Both the position numbers and the translations under genes were made by a program. A stretch of DNA of 64,000 nucleotides, taken from assembly GCA_012295275.1 (NCBI GenBank), contig CM022665.1:248001-312000 (forward strand), in the 5' to 3' direction. Source of the DNA: Chrysomallon squamiferum (lineage: Eukaryota > Animalia > Mollusca). The notes beneath the pieces were generated by a model. That model searched no databases. It was not told the DNA's origin and saw nothing but the letters and a program-made list of their open reading frames with translations. Shown piece by piece: positions 26,841-38,801 of the stretch. How positions within the stretch are numbered: the first letter of the stretch is position 1; each line of letters begins with the position of its first letter.

Positions 26841-27785
26841 TTTAATTATCTACTTACCTGAAGAAAGTTTTCATGTAAAACTTGAATAATCTTATGATGA
26901 CAGTTAGGATAAAATTTATATTATTTTGCACAATATATAATCAAGATATTATTAATATATTTCATATTAAGCCTTTTGTGTGTATGTGTGTGTGTGTGTG
27001 TGTGTTGTAATTTTAACATTAAAAAAAGAAGTATCAGTTAATTATTTCGAATTTCACTATTTCTCCAGCGAAAGAAAATTACAGAAGGCAAAAGAAGAAT
27101 TTGTAAACTAGTTAAGAGAAGACATTTTTGCAGCAGTAAGGAAGTAGAAGGGACTTAATGATAAAAGTAGGTAACCAAATGAATGAATGAATGAATAAAT
27201 ATATAAATAAATGAACGAACGAACGAAGGAAGAAAGAAAGTTACTTTGCATTTTGAGTTTCACATACATGTATAGATATAAACATTAAGAATAATGATGA
27301 TGATTATGACAACGACAACGACAATGATAATAACAATAATAATAATAATGACACGCAAATATGATTATTAGTAACAACAGAATACGTCATTTCTGTCAAA
27401 CTATTTTATTTCTTGTTAGATTTCTGCAGTGAACAACACCAAAATTATATTTTTTTAAATCCATGATTCTGAAAATAAATATGATTTTAACAATTATTAC
27501 CTTTTCTCGGCATAAAAGAATGGATCTGCTGAATGAAATAACTTACAAAAGTTGTTATCTATAAGGTTATAGAGAGAGATGTAATCACGTTAATACTAAT
27601 AAAAAGGTAATTTAATAGATACAAAGAAAAAGTAATTAAGTAGATACAAATAAAAAGGTATGTGAAAAAGGCACAAACAAACAAATATATAAATAGATTC
27701 CGACATTCATATATACATGTATTCATACATACATACATACATACAGAGATACATACTCATGTAAATGTACCTATATATGTATATA

Positions 27786-27836
<51 letters not shown>

Positions 27837-28144
27837 GTATATGTATATATACTCACACACACACATACACACACAAATGTATACATGAAAACATTAATAA
27901 TAATGACACACATTATGTTTTTATTGTTATTATTATTTTCCAAACTATTTTATTTGTAAAGATTTCTTTTAAACGAACACGAGTAAAATAATATTATAAA
28001 CAAATAAAGCAAATACAATTCCCTCTGAAAAACCTATAATTGTGAGCGAAAACATGGAAATATATCTAATACATTATTTATTTTTATCTAGCCACTGTTT
28101 ACAGTCATTACAGGATGGAAATATATATGATATACAAGATGGGC

Positions 28145-28642
28145 ATATATAACACCTAAGGTAAATACAATGCAATATGCATTATGAACCTCACATTATT
28201 AGAAAACTAATAACAGAACATATAAATATATATATATATATATAATTTAATGTGTAAACAATGTCGAATACGAAACGGGAAAAATATATAACACCTAAGG
28301 TAAATACAATGCAATATGCATTATGAACCTCACATTATTAGAAAACTAATAACAGAACATATAAATATATATATATATATAATTTAATGTGTAAACAATG
28401 TCGAATACGAAACGGGAAAAATATATAACACCTAAGGTAAATACAATGCAATATGCATTATGAACCTCACATTATTAGAAAACTAATAACAGAACATATA
28501 AATATATATATATATATATATAATTTAATGTGTAAACAATGTCGAATACGAAACGGGAAAAATATATAACACCTAAGGTAAATACAATGCAATATGCATT
28601 ATGAACCTCACATTATTAGAAAACTAATAACAGAACATATAA
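28145..28642. repeat. About 140-bp tandem repeat, about 3.5 copies, with an internal variable (TA)n
   Basis: atatataacacctaaggtaaatacaatgcaatatgc occurs four times. Confidence 0.95.
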
Positions 28643-28779
28643 AAGATATATAATATATATATAAAAGTAAATTATATTTAATAAAGATTCTTCTTAATTT
28701 ATAAATACTAAAAATTCTGTTATGTTTTACATTTTATAATATTCAACCTGAGCAACTAAGATATTATTTCTTTCCGTAC

Positions 28780-28955
28780 GGGCTTCTTCAAAACTAGTGT
28801 TTACAAAATTTATAGATTTTTCTAACTCAGAGATTTTCTTCTTATTTTCATGCAGTTGGATTTTAAAATTATTGACACTGGTTTCAATAATTTGTAATCA
28901 TTTCTCAATACCTTCTCTTCTTCGAAATGGCAAGAAGTGTATTTGATATTTCATT
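28780..28955 (-). mobile_element. Fragment of the same LINE ORF1 region as 32900-33065
   Basis: ttcttcaaa.ctagtgtttacaaaatttatagattttt ... cgaaatggcaagaa shared. Confidence 0.7.
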
Positions 28956-30032
28956 AAAATATAAAATTAAAATTATTTCTTTTTTACATTCAATATGACA
29001 TTTCTGACAAAAATTAAAACTGGAATAGAGTATAAAAATGTTTCATTTATTTTATTTGTTTTTATTCTTTTTATTTACTTTTACTTTTACTTTTTTATTT
29101 TTATTTTAGTTAAATTGATATTTATAGCTGTAAAAAATAACAAATAACATTCTTTTTACAAAAGAAATGACAGAAATTCAAAATAATTTTATGCTTTTTT
29201 TTTTTTTCACAAACAGTGGACAAAGAGTATTTTCATTAAGGAAATAAGAAAATTAGCTAGAGTAAAATGTGAAATTGTTATATGAAATAACAACAAAATC
29301 AAATAATAAACCAAAGAAATTATGTGTGTGTCCTTTTTTTTGTTCTTAATACTTCTTTTTTTTTCAGTTATCTTCTGACTGAAAGACAGACAAATGTGCA
29401 TATGTATGTAAATAATAAGAGCAACAACAACAAAATGACGAGATTTAGAAATTATACTGTAAAATAAAATCACAGAACAACTTCGTGAATTAAAATTAAA
29501 GTATGCTGTTCCACACATTTTTAAGGTAACTTTTTATTTATTTAATTTGTTTACTTTTTTATTTTATTTTATTATTATTATTATTACTTTTGTTATGTTC
29601 GTTTTTTGTGTGATATTTCGTTTACAACAATAATCATTCCCTGTTACTACTACTCAAATGTATTTCATTCTGTAAGAATTAAAAATATCAAAGAATTTCA
29701 AAAGATTATTAAAAAGTCAACAACTTCACATGACTATTTAACTGTCAAAAAGTCAAATGATTATTATTAAGCATTCAAATGAATATCGAAATATCAAAGA
29801 TTTGAAATGCCTACCAAAACGTCCAAATTCGAAATAAAGATTAACATTTTTTTTTTCACAATTAATATGTCAAAGATTCTAAATGATTGTAAAATATCAA
29901 ACCTTTTAAATGTCTACTGAAATGTCAAACATTTCAAATGACTATTGAAATTTCCAGTGTTTTAAGTTACCATTTAACATAACATGATTATTAACATGTG
30001 AAGATTTCTAATTAAGCAGCAGTAACACTAAC

Positions 30033-31470
30033 CAGAGAAGAAAAAACCAGTTTCTGCGAGCATTGACGGAGACTGGTTGACAGGATGTGGCCATCGGTTT
30101 TGAAAAGACAAAACACGTCGTTGTACGCCTATGTAGTCGCTGTGACGAGCTGCATTCAACGTCAGGGCTGATGTAGAGGAGCTTCCAGACAGAAAACCGC
30201 ACAGCTGAAGGATTGTTAAATTACTGAGATAAAGCTGTGAAGAACTTTGATGAGAATCATTAGAGGCAACAGCATCACCACTGATAGAACTCTGGCCAGT
30301 AAAAGAAGGAACTGTAGCATTAACAGGAAGTAATACAGTATTTGTAGCCATATCACTGGTATTAACACTAGATGTTGATGAAAAATGGGTGTTGACAGCA
30401 GATGTAGATGTAACAGTGCTTGAAGGCATACTACAAATATTACCAGTAAGTGTAGGCATACAGCCGGTATTAGTAGCTGATGCTAGAGTGCCAGTCAAAG
30501 TGTCGGCAGATATGTCAATATTGTTATGATCAACATAGGCAACGATGTCGTCGACGTTATTTCTTGGTGTTTCAGAGACTCCAAACAGTTCATTGTCACT
30601 CAATGAACTTTCAGACTCGCTCCGATTACGAAGTGTTTCACTTTGAACAGCTGGTAACACTGAACTGACAGTTAATCTGCCCAGGAATTCTTGTAGTCTC
30701 TGCTCAGCATTCTCACTTACCCTAATCGATTCATTTTCTTCCTCTCCCAGGACAAATCTGCAGCTTGGAGAGATTTGTCTGTGAATTTCCATTGGGTTAT
30801 CTTCAAGTCTCCAGTGATCATAGCTCTGACCACAGCTGAAGTAGACAACGCGATCATCAGACCCAGTAAAGTAGAATCCAGCAGCTGCAAGACGACTTGG
30901 CCAGGCTAAGGTTAGAGAAAATCGTAAGTAAGACGCATATCGGTCCCACTCCCTCCTGTATCTGACAGTGTCTGAATATTCTGTCCTTAAATCATTTCTC
31001 ATTATTCCACTTTGATTTCTGTCATCATCAGCAATTTCTGATTCCGTTTCCTTACAACTTGCCTCTTCCGGTCCATTCTCATCAATGTATCTATTTATCA
31101 TTTTTCTTCCTTCGATAATATCTGATCCTGTTATGTCTAAGCCTTCTGATTCATTTCTATAAATATTTGCAAGTTCTGATTTACTGCTATCAATTTCTGC
31201 AGCTTCTGACTCAATTTTATCAATTCGTGCAGTTTCTGTTTGATTACCATCAACAGTTTCAACTTCTGATTTATTTCCATCAACAATTACAGCTTTAGTG
31301 AACAGTTGAATTGTTTGTTTCATTTCTATCAGTTCTTGAAGTGCCTGATCCATTTTCTTCAAGGTTTGCAGCTTCTGAATCACTTCCATCAACAGTTGAA
31401 CCTTCTGATTCATTTCCGTGAATAGCTGAATTTATTGTTTCCTTTCTATCTATTCTTGAAGTGCCTGACA
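30033..31470 (-). pseudogene. IAP copy B: large exon only (acidic repeats, BIR1 with first Cys to Tyr, half of BIR2)
   Basis: ORF 30028..31413; frame switch near 31295; VVYFSCG; G|GTTAGT donor at 30032 but no BIR2 second-half or RING exon seen downstream; 5' end abuts the LINE remnant. Confidence 0.8.
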
Positions 31471-31479
31471 CACGTTCAG

Positions 31480-33270
31480 TATTCAGGTACATTATAAAAC
31501 AATCATGAAGAAATGCCTCAAACACATCATCAGAGGAACAGTAATAACTCACATTTCTCTGAATGCGATAAAGTCGTATTTTAAATACTTTGTTTTAAAT
31601 TGTGACATCATCTACATAATTAAGTTTCTTTATCTTTTGTATTTCATAAATGTTATTCATCTGTCATGTTTCTTACAATAATCTATGGTTTACAGTAATG
31701 TATTAGATTAAGTAAGCAGTCTAATATAAACACATAATATCAAAGCAAAGATATATCAACATAATAAAATCAAATGAAATTCAGTTATAAAACGCATATC
31801 TAGAAAATAACAACGTCTGGAATTACTTTGTAGTGGATTTTTTCATTTACGCTCTCAGTTCTTTTATTAAACTATTTTACACGGGTTACGTGAAAAAATT
31901 CATGATTAGATTACAGAAAATAGAAAATTCTCTAAGGACACCAGCTTTTTTAGAGTTAAATAATATCCATTTGTGATAGAAAGTGTTTTTCTTAACATCA
32001 TTCAGCAAAAGTCTGTACACTAGTAATATAAACTTATGACTGCTTTCCCGTGATCATTCGATACTAGTAAATAATAACTTTTACTTTTACAGCAGTATAT
32101 ACTGGATAAGTCCAAGTTCTCCATTTAATAAGTACAATAGAGCAGATTTCCTTACAGGTAATAACAATTTCATAAACCGGTTACATAATTTTTCAAGTAA
32201 TGACAAATTTTCAAATTCCCAAATTTCGCTACCATGCAGAACTGATAGAACCATGCGTTAAAATAATTTTAGTTGACACTGAATGGAAATATTATGACAT
32301 CTTCCTTGTTGTAGAATGAAATGCAATCCCTTCTGTGCTTGTGTATATAACCTGTTTCTAGTTTTCAGCAGGTATGTTATTAAGTTCCTCTTGCAACACG
32401 TTAAAAGTATCACTGTTAAAATAGCGAGAGACTTTAGGCGGTATATATACAACACCAGAAAATATATTAGATGTTTTTCTAGATTTAAATTTAGATCGAG
32501 GAAACTGTCCACTGACAACAAAATGAGTTCAAAACTTTAGAATTTCTTCTAACAGTTTCTCTCTCTTTCAGTCTTTCAAATCTAGCAATGACAAGTCGTG
32601 GACTATTTGAGTTTGGTACTTTCCGTCCGAGACGATGCACACGATTAAATGCAAAAGTATTTTCGTGTTCCGTTTGTTCTTTAAGAAACTGATTTAGTAC
32701 TTGCTCTCTGTTTGTCCCCATCGTCTTTTTCTACAATCTCGTTAAAAATCAGCTTGTTTCCCATTGATCCTGTCTGAATAACAAACACATTTTCATACAG
32801 ATCTTTATAATCACGCCGGAAATTGTCAATATCATTATAACATTTCTCAACTTGGCTTACATTTTCCTTCATAGCTTCAACCACATCCGCGATATTCTTT
32901 CTTTCTTCAAAGCTAGTGTTTACAAAATTTATAGATTTTTCTTGTTACTTTCATGCAATTGAATTTTAAAATAACTGACATTGGTTTCAGTAATTTGTAA
33001 TCGTTTCTCAATACCTTTTATTTAATCTGTCTTCTCCGAAATGGCAAGAAATGTATTAGTTATTTCATTTAATTTCTGAAATATCTGGTACTTGCTGTTG
33101 TATCACAGAATGAATTTGGTAAGCTGGATTTCTGTATTCAGGCGAGCGAGTTAATGCACTGCTAAATAAAACTTGTGATTGTGTATCGGACGCACTAGTC
33201 GGAGAAGCTGACAACATTTCTCCTTGTGACAGTACAGGAATATATAAATTGTCTATTTCTGTTAACTGTC
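31480..33270 (-). mobile_element. Decayed, internally deleted non-LTR retrotransposon (boundaries approximate)
   Basis: ORF1-like FNRVHRLGRK...PRLVIARF (32491-32721); post-RT-like CQLKLF*RMVLSVLHGSEIW...NGELG (about 32100-32280); stops and frameshifts. Confidence 0.75.
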
Positions 33271-33380
33271 ATCGACGAACTGATAGTAATAGTAGTAGTA
33301 AATTAAAAGTCGTCACATCGTTATAATAAAAAAATAACAATAATAATAAAAAAATTATAATAAAAATGGGCAGAAAAAGA

Positions 33381-33559
33381 TTAACACAAGAAAGCTCGCA
33401 CAGTGGCACGGATTATCTCTCTACAAAGTGGACATCTTCGCAGTCTGGGTTCACAGTCTTCACAGCAACAAAGATGACCGCAGGGCAGGAAAACTATTCT
33501 GATCTTGTTTTCAAGACAAACTTTGCAGATGAGTTCCTCATTGTCATCCGGCAAGGAAC
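33381..33559 (-). CDS. Intact IAP-type C3HC4 RING terminal exon (copy D)
   Basis: TAATAG acceptor; CKVCLENKIRIVFLPCGHLCCCEDCEPRLRRCPLCREIIRATVRAFLC*. Confidence 0.9.
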
Positions 33560-33656
33560 CTATTAAATATTAAAAGAAAATATGAAAATAACAATTCTCT
33601 AATACTTTATAATACATAATAATAATAAAATGGAGTGAAATAAAACTACAATATAC

Positions 33657-33713
33657 CTCCAGCTGCAAGTTTTGTATTTCTTTCTATTTCACTGGGTTCG
33701 CCACTCCTTTCTT
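33657..33713 (-). pseudogene. 57-nt linker mini-exon of copy D (EERSGEPSEIERNTKLAAG)
   Basis: GAG|GTATAT donor; the acceptor reads TCTG, with an in-frame AAG 3 nt downstream. Confidence 0.5.
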
Positions 33714-33797
33714 CAGATACAAAGAATTCATCAACAATACGAACCAAATCAAATAAAATATTCATAACATTAATTCTACTGAATGTATCAGGTATCA

Positions 33798-33830
<33 letters not shown>

Positions 33831-33832
33831 TC

Positions 33833-33864
<32 letters not shown>

Positions 33865-34158
33865 TGATGATGATAATAATAATAATATCAGTAATAATAA
33901 TAATAATAATAATATTAATAAAATAATAATAATAAAATATAGTGAAATAAAACTACAATATACCTTCAGGTGCATGGTCTGTGTTTCTACCTTAGTATCA
34001 TCAGGTTTTGTTTCTACTAAACACAAAATATCATACTGATTAAAACAGTAGTAGTACTAAAAAAAGAACATAAATAATAATTGTAATACTAATAATGACA
34101 CAAAAACATAAGATAACAGAAATTTTAAAAGTAGCTTAACTAATAAAATAAAAAAATA

Positions 34159-34866
34159 CAGTATACCCTCACCTGTTCGCGGTTCCCCATTCGCGACCCC
34201 GCATATTCGCGGGTTAGGCTCTTAACCCTATCGCATCGTATGCTGGTATAACAGGCGAGCGTCATAGCGTCATAAAAACAAATACTCGGTAAACCGCACA
34301 AACAGTATCAAATTTTTTCAATTATTATTGCAATACAGTACGTATTTTTTTATAAATGCATACACTGTATGTACAGTGCATATTTTTTGTGACCGTGTAT
34401 TAATAATGTTTTTAATTGCATATTATTACTGAATTGTATTATTATTACCTGAACTGTGCGTACTGTATTTATCTGTCTGTTTGCCTTTAAATTTGTTCCA
34501 CTTTCTGTCAATTCTAATACATATGTTGTACGCATAGAAAATGACTTTACGGTACAGTAATACTGTATGGGTAACTATGCTATGCGGTGTTACTGTCCTC
34601 CTGTACTTACGTTTCTTTCTGATTAAAATATTGTTTCAGTACAAAATTAAAATGCGTTTACATTATCATTACTACATTAGTGAAATACATAACTGCATGC
34701 AATATTACTACATTATTACTGTATTAATGAGTAAGAGTGTCTTTAGAAAGTGTTTGGGAAGCATTTAGTACCGTATATAATCTCATAATAGACGTTTTAA
34801 AACTGCATCCAATATTCGCGGTTTTTCGCTATTCCCGTAACCCCCGCGAATAGCGAGGGAATACTG
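34159..34866. mobile_element. 708-bp non-autonomous Tc1/mariner-superfamily (pogo/Tigger-like) MITE
   Basis: Imperfect TIRs cagtataccctc..ttcgcgg / ccgcgaa..gagggaatactg, flanked by TA; empty site with a single TA at about 660 in copy A. Confidence 0.9.
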
Positions 34867-35018
34867 TAATAAACAAAATATCCAAGGAAAGAGAAAATAA
34901 AGATTACAAAATATAAATTAAATTTAAGAAACTGTTCAAATCCTTGTGAAAACACAAAAATATGTAGTTACACAAGTTTAATAATTTCATGGTAAAGTTA
35001 AAAATATCAGCTAGTTAC

Positions 35019-35620
35019 CTCCTCTTCATTTTCATTCATTTCTTGAACCAAATCAACAAACTTATCTCCCTTCACCTGTCTGATGAAATCACATTGTGGA
35101 AACCATCTGGCGTGTTCCACGTAAGAGTTATCTCCCTGCTTCCAATTTCTAAGGCCTCCGCCGCAGTAAAAGCAGGACGTGCTATCACGTGAATTACATG
35201 TTTATACATAAATGTGCTTGTTCATAACTGTATACATTTCCTGTGACACATACATCCACCAAAACTCTGCTAATACTGGCACACAAATACATACACACTT
35301 AGATGAACACACATATGGAAATACAGACATATATACAAAATTAATGTACGATGTTGTATCGATCTTTCAAAGATTTCAGATGACCATCAAAATACCCAAA
35401 TTCAAAATCAGTCTTAAAATTCTGAAGTGTTTAAATCACTACTGAAACGTCAGGTAAAATGTCAGAAATAGCAAATTAACATTAAAATGTAAAAGACTTA
35501 AAATGTCAATGATAAAAAATATAGAGCAGTCGAAGAAGATTTTCAAATGATTATTAAAATGTGAAGATTTCGAAGTAAGCAGCAGTAACACTGACCAGAG
35601 AAGAAGAAACCGGCTTCTGG
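35019..35620 (-). pseudogene. IAP copy D: BIR2 second-half exon (35019-35197) and a roughly 25-nt stub of the large exon (about 35596-35619)
   Basis: [28 protein letters not shown] is in frame but the acceptor is CAT instead of CAG; the EAGFFFSG stub is fused directly to LINE-derived sequence. Confidence 0.8.
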
Positions 35621-35745
35621 TAGAACCATGCGTTAATGTATTTTTAGATGACACTGAATGGAAATATTATGACATCTTCCTTGTTGTAACACGTTTTCTG
35701 CGTTCCACAATCTCTCGATGAAACTGTCCACTCACACCAAATTAA
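35620..35745 (-). mobile_element. Short remnant of the same LINE
   Basis: tagaaccatgcgtta...gacactgaatggaaatattatgacatcttccttgttgta matches 32246-32313; gaaactgtccact matches about 32500. Confidence 0.8.
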
Positions 35746-35842
35746 AATGAATTAAAATTCAACACATCGTCATCTTAAAAATAATAATAATAATAATAAT
35801 AATAATCAAAAACATATTATAATAAAAATGGGCAGAAAAAGA

Positions 35843-36021
35843 TTAACACAAGAAAGCTCGCACAGTGGCTTGGATTATCTCTCTACAAAGTGGACATCTT
35901 CGCAGTCTGGGCGCACAATCTTCACAGCAACAAAGGTGACCGCAGGGCAGGAAAACCATTCTGATCTTGTTTCCAAGACAAACTTTGCAGATGAGTTCCT
36001 CATTATCATCCAGCAAGGAAT
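35843..36021 (-). CDS. IAP copy C terminal exon, C3HC4 RING
   Basis: TAATAG acceptor, phase 1; CKVCLGNKIRMVFLPCGHLCCCEDCAPRLRRCPLCREIIQATVRAFLC*. Confidence 0.92.
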
Positions 36022-36265
36022 CTATTAAATATCAAAGAGTACGTAATAAAAACAATATCATTCTTATACGTTAAATAATGTGTGTATTTTGTAACAAAAA
36101 ACAGTTTAAAATAAATCAAATAACTTGTATATTTTATTACGCATAACCTTTGTAAACAAATAATTTGTAGATTTTACCACAAAACTAACTTGACTCTTCA
36201 CTAGGCTTTACTAATATACAAAAAGGTTTTCTGTATTACTTTCCCTCTTAAAGATATCAAGTATC

Positions 36266-36301
<36 letters not shown>

Positions 36302-36652
36302 TAACATCAATGACAACAATGACAATAATAACATCATAAAAAATAATAATAATAATAAATAAATAAATAAACAGATAAATAGATAAATAATAAACGAATA
36401 AAATGTAATACTAGTAATATTAATAATAATATTAACAATAACAACGATAACAAGAAAAATTAGAGCAATAATGATAACAACAAGATTACTAATAAAAGTA
36501 ACAACAAAAGTAATATAAACAATAACAACAATAATAGATAAATAAACAAACGACCAAATAATTAATAAATAAACAAGCAAGCAAACAAACAAGCAAATAA
36601 ACAAACAAATGAACAAATAAATAAAATGTCGTGAAATAAAACTACAATATAC

Positions 36653-36709
36653 CTCCAGTTGCAAGTTCTTTATTTCTTGTTGTTTTACTAAATGTGTCAC
36701 TCTTTCCTT
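36653..36709 (-). CDS. Copy C linker mini-exon candidate (54 or 57 nt, GKSDTFSKTTRNKELATG)
   Basis: GAG|GTATAT donor; acceptor requires use of AAG; symmetric phase 1. Confidence 0.45.
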
Positions 36710-36919
36710 CAGAAACAAGAAATTCAACTGCACGAAATGAATGAAATAAAATATTAATAATATTAATTCTATTGCCGTGATCTCATTCAAAATCCTGTTT
36801 CGTGGGATGTAAAATATTTAATACTTTTATACCACAAATATTACGTGTATTTTAAAACAAATGGAACAAAGCAGTTTAAAAAATGAATACTTTGTAGCAT
36901 ATAAACTTTGAAGCGAGAA

Positions 36920-36955
<36 letters not shown>

Positions 36956-37000
36956 TTGTATCCTTTGTAACACAAACCTTTGAAAGAATTAGTTGAGTAC

Positions 37001-37054
<54 letters not shown>

Positions 37055-37202
37055 GGATAGATAGATACACATATAGATAAGAAATTATTCATAAAAGTAA
37101 CCACGGCTCTTGACAATGTTTTATGTATTTAATAAAATGTTGTTCCCTTCTTTCTCCCTAAATTATTTCTTTATCAACCAAATGTATCAGGTAACAACAA
37201 TG

Positions 37203-37267
<65 letters not shown>

Positions 37268-37525
37268 TTGCAGTACAATTAACAATACAAACAGATAAAT
37301 AAACAAACAAAAATAAAAATAAATAAGAATAGAAAGTAAATGAATAAAATGTAATAATAGTTGTAATAATAATAATAATAATAACGACAACAACACAAGA
37401 ACTAATACAGCAATAATGATAACAGTTATAACAGCAATAACAGTAAAAACAAGATGATTAAATATATCAATAAGTAAATAAATAAATAAATAAATAAAGT
37501 GTAGTCAAATAAAGCTGCAATATAG

Positions 37526-37581
37526 CTCCAACTGCATGTTTGTATTTCTTTTTATTTCACTAGGTTCGTCACTCCTTTCTT
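37526..37581 (-). pseudogene. Dead duplicate of the linker mini-exon
   Basis: 56 nt, donor GT changed to CT, acceptor TCTG. Confidence 0.6.
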
Positions 37582-37715
37582 CAGATACAAGCAACTCATC
37601 AACTATACGAACCAAATCAAATAAAATATTCATAATATTAATTCTACTGAATATATCAGATATCAGAAATAATAATAATAATAATAAAAGATAGTGAAAT
37701 AAAACTGCAATATAC

Positions 37716-37772
37716 CTTCAGTTACACGTTCTGTGTTTCTTGTTCTTTCGATAAATTCGCCACTCTTTTCTT
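37716..37772 (-). CDS. Copy C 57-nt linker mini-exon (EEKSGEFIERTRNTERVTE)
   Basis: GTTTCAG acceptor, AAG|GTATAT donor, phase 1-1, stop-free. Confidence 0.7.
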
Positions 37773-37975
37773 CTGAAACAACACATTCATCAACTACATG
37801 AACAAAATGAAATAAAATATTTATAATATTAATTCTACTGACGTGATCTCATTTAAAATGATACTTTGTGGGATGTAAACTATTAAATACGTTTATCTTG
37901 ACATTAATCTTTGACATTGTGCAGTCTATAGAATCTTGTTGATAAATCTAGAATTTTGTTAACGTTAAAACTTAC

Positions 37976-38054
37976 CTTGACGTGTTTTAATTCCAAGACG
38001 TTCAAATGTAGGTCGACAATCATTTAAAATATCCATCACTTGGTCATAGTTAAT
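37976..38054 (-). CDS. Copy C linker exon (INYDQVMDILNDCRPTFERLGIKTRQ)
   Basis: TTTTAG acceptor, AAG|GTAAG donor, 79 nt, phase 0 to 1, fits neighbouring exon phases. Confidence 0.75.
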
Positions 38055-38312
38055 CTAAAATAAATTTTAAAACTTTATTACTATATTTTCAATAATAATA
38101 ACGACAAAAAAAAAAATTAAAATTAATAAATCAATAACTAAATATCTAAATAAATAAATAAATAAATAAGAACAATAATAAAACAAATCTACAGAGAAAA
38201 AATTAGATGTAAAACAAATTTAAGAAACTTCTGAATTCTTTGTGAAAACAAATACACGAATTTATACAAGTTTAATAATTTCATGGTAAAGCTAAAAATA
38301 TCAGCTAGTTAC

Positions 38313-38491
38313 CTCCACTTCATTTTCATTCATGTCTTGAACCAAATCAACAAAATTGTCTCCCTTCACATGTCTGATGAAATCGCATCGTGGAAACCAT
38401 CTGGCGTGTTCCACGTAAGGGTTATCTCCCTGCATCCAATTTCTAAGTCCTCCGCCGCAGTAAAAGCAGGTTGTGCTATCACGTGAATTAC
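38313..38491 (-). CDS. Copy C exon with the second half of BIR2
   Basis: TACAG acceptor, GAG|GTAACT donor; [28 protein letters not shown]. Confidence 0.92.
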
Positions 38492-38801
38492 CTGTATATA
38501 CATGAATGTGCATGTTCATAATTGTACACGTTTCTTGTGACACCCACGCCAATAACCCATACATACTGGCACACAAACATACGCAAAATTATGTTCCATC
38601 GATCTTTCAAAGATGTCAGATGACTATCAAAACGCCCACATTCAAAATCTGTATTAAAAGTTTTACGTCACAACTAAAATGTCAGACATTTTAAATGTAT
38701 ATTGTCAGTAATTTCAAGTCTTATTTTCAAATGAATATTAAAATATAAATGTCTTAAAATGAATTAAAATGTGAAACGTTTTAATAAAGAGTAACACTAA
38801 C

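Noticed and set aside
33366-33566. Duplicated plus-strand ORF MGRKRLTQESS... (also 35828-36028)
   Set aside because: Antisense to the RING exons, which explains its conservation
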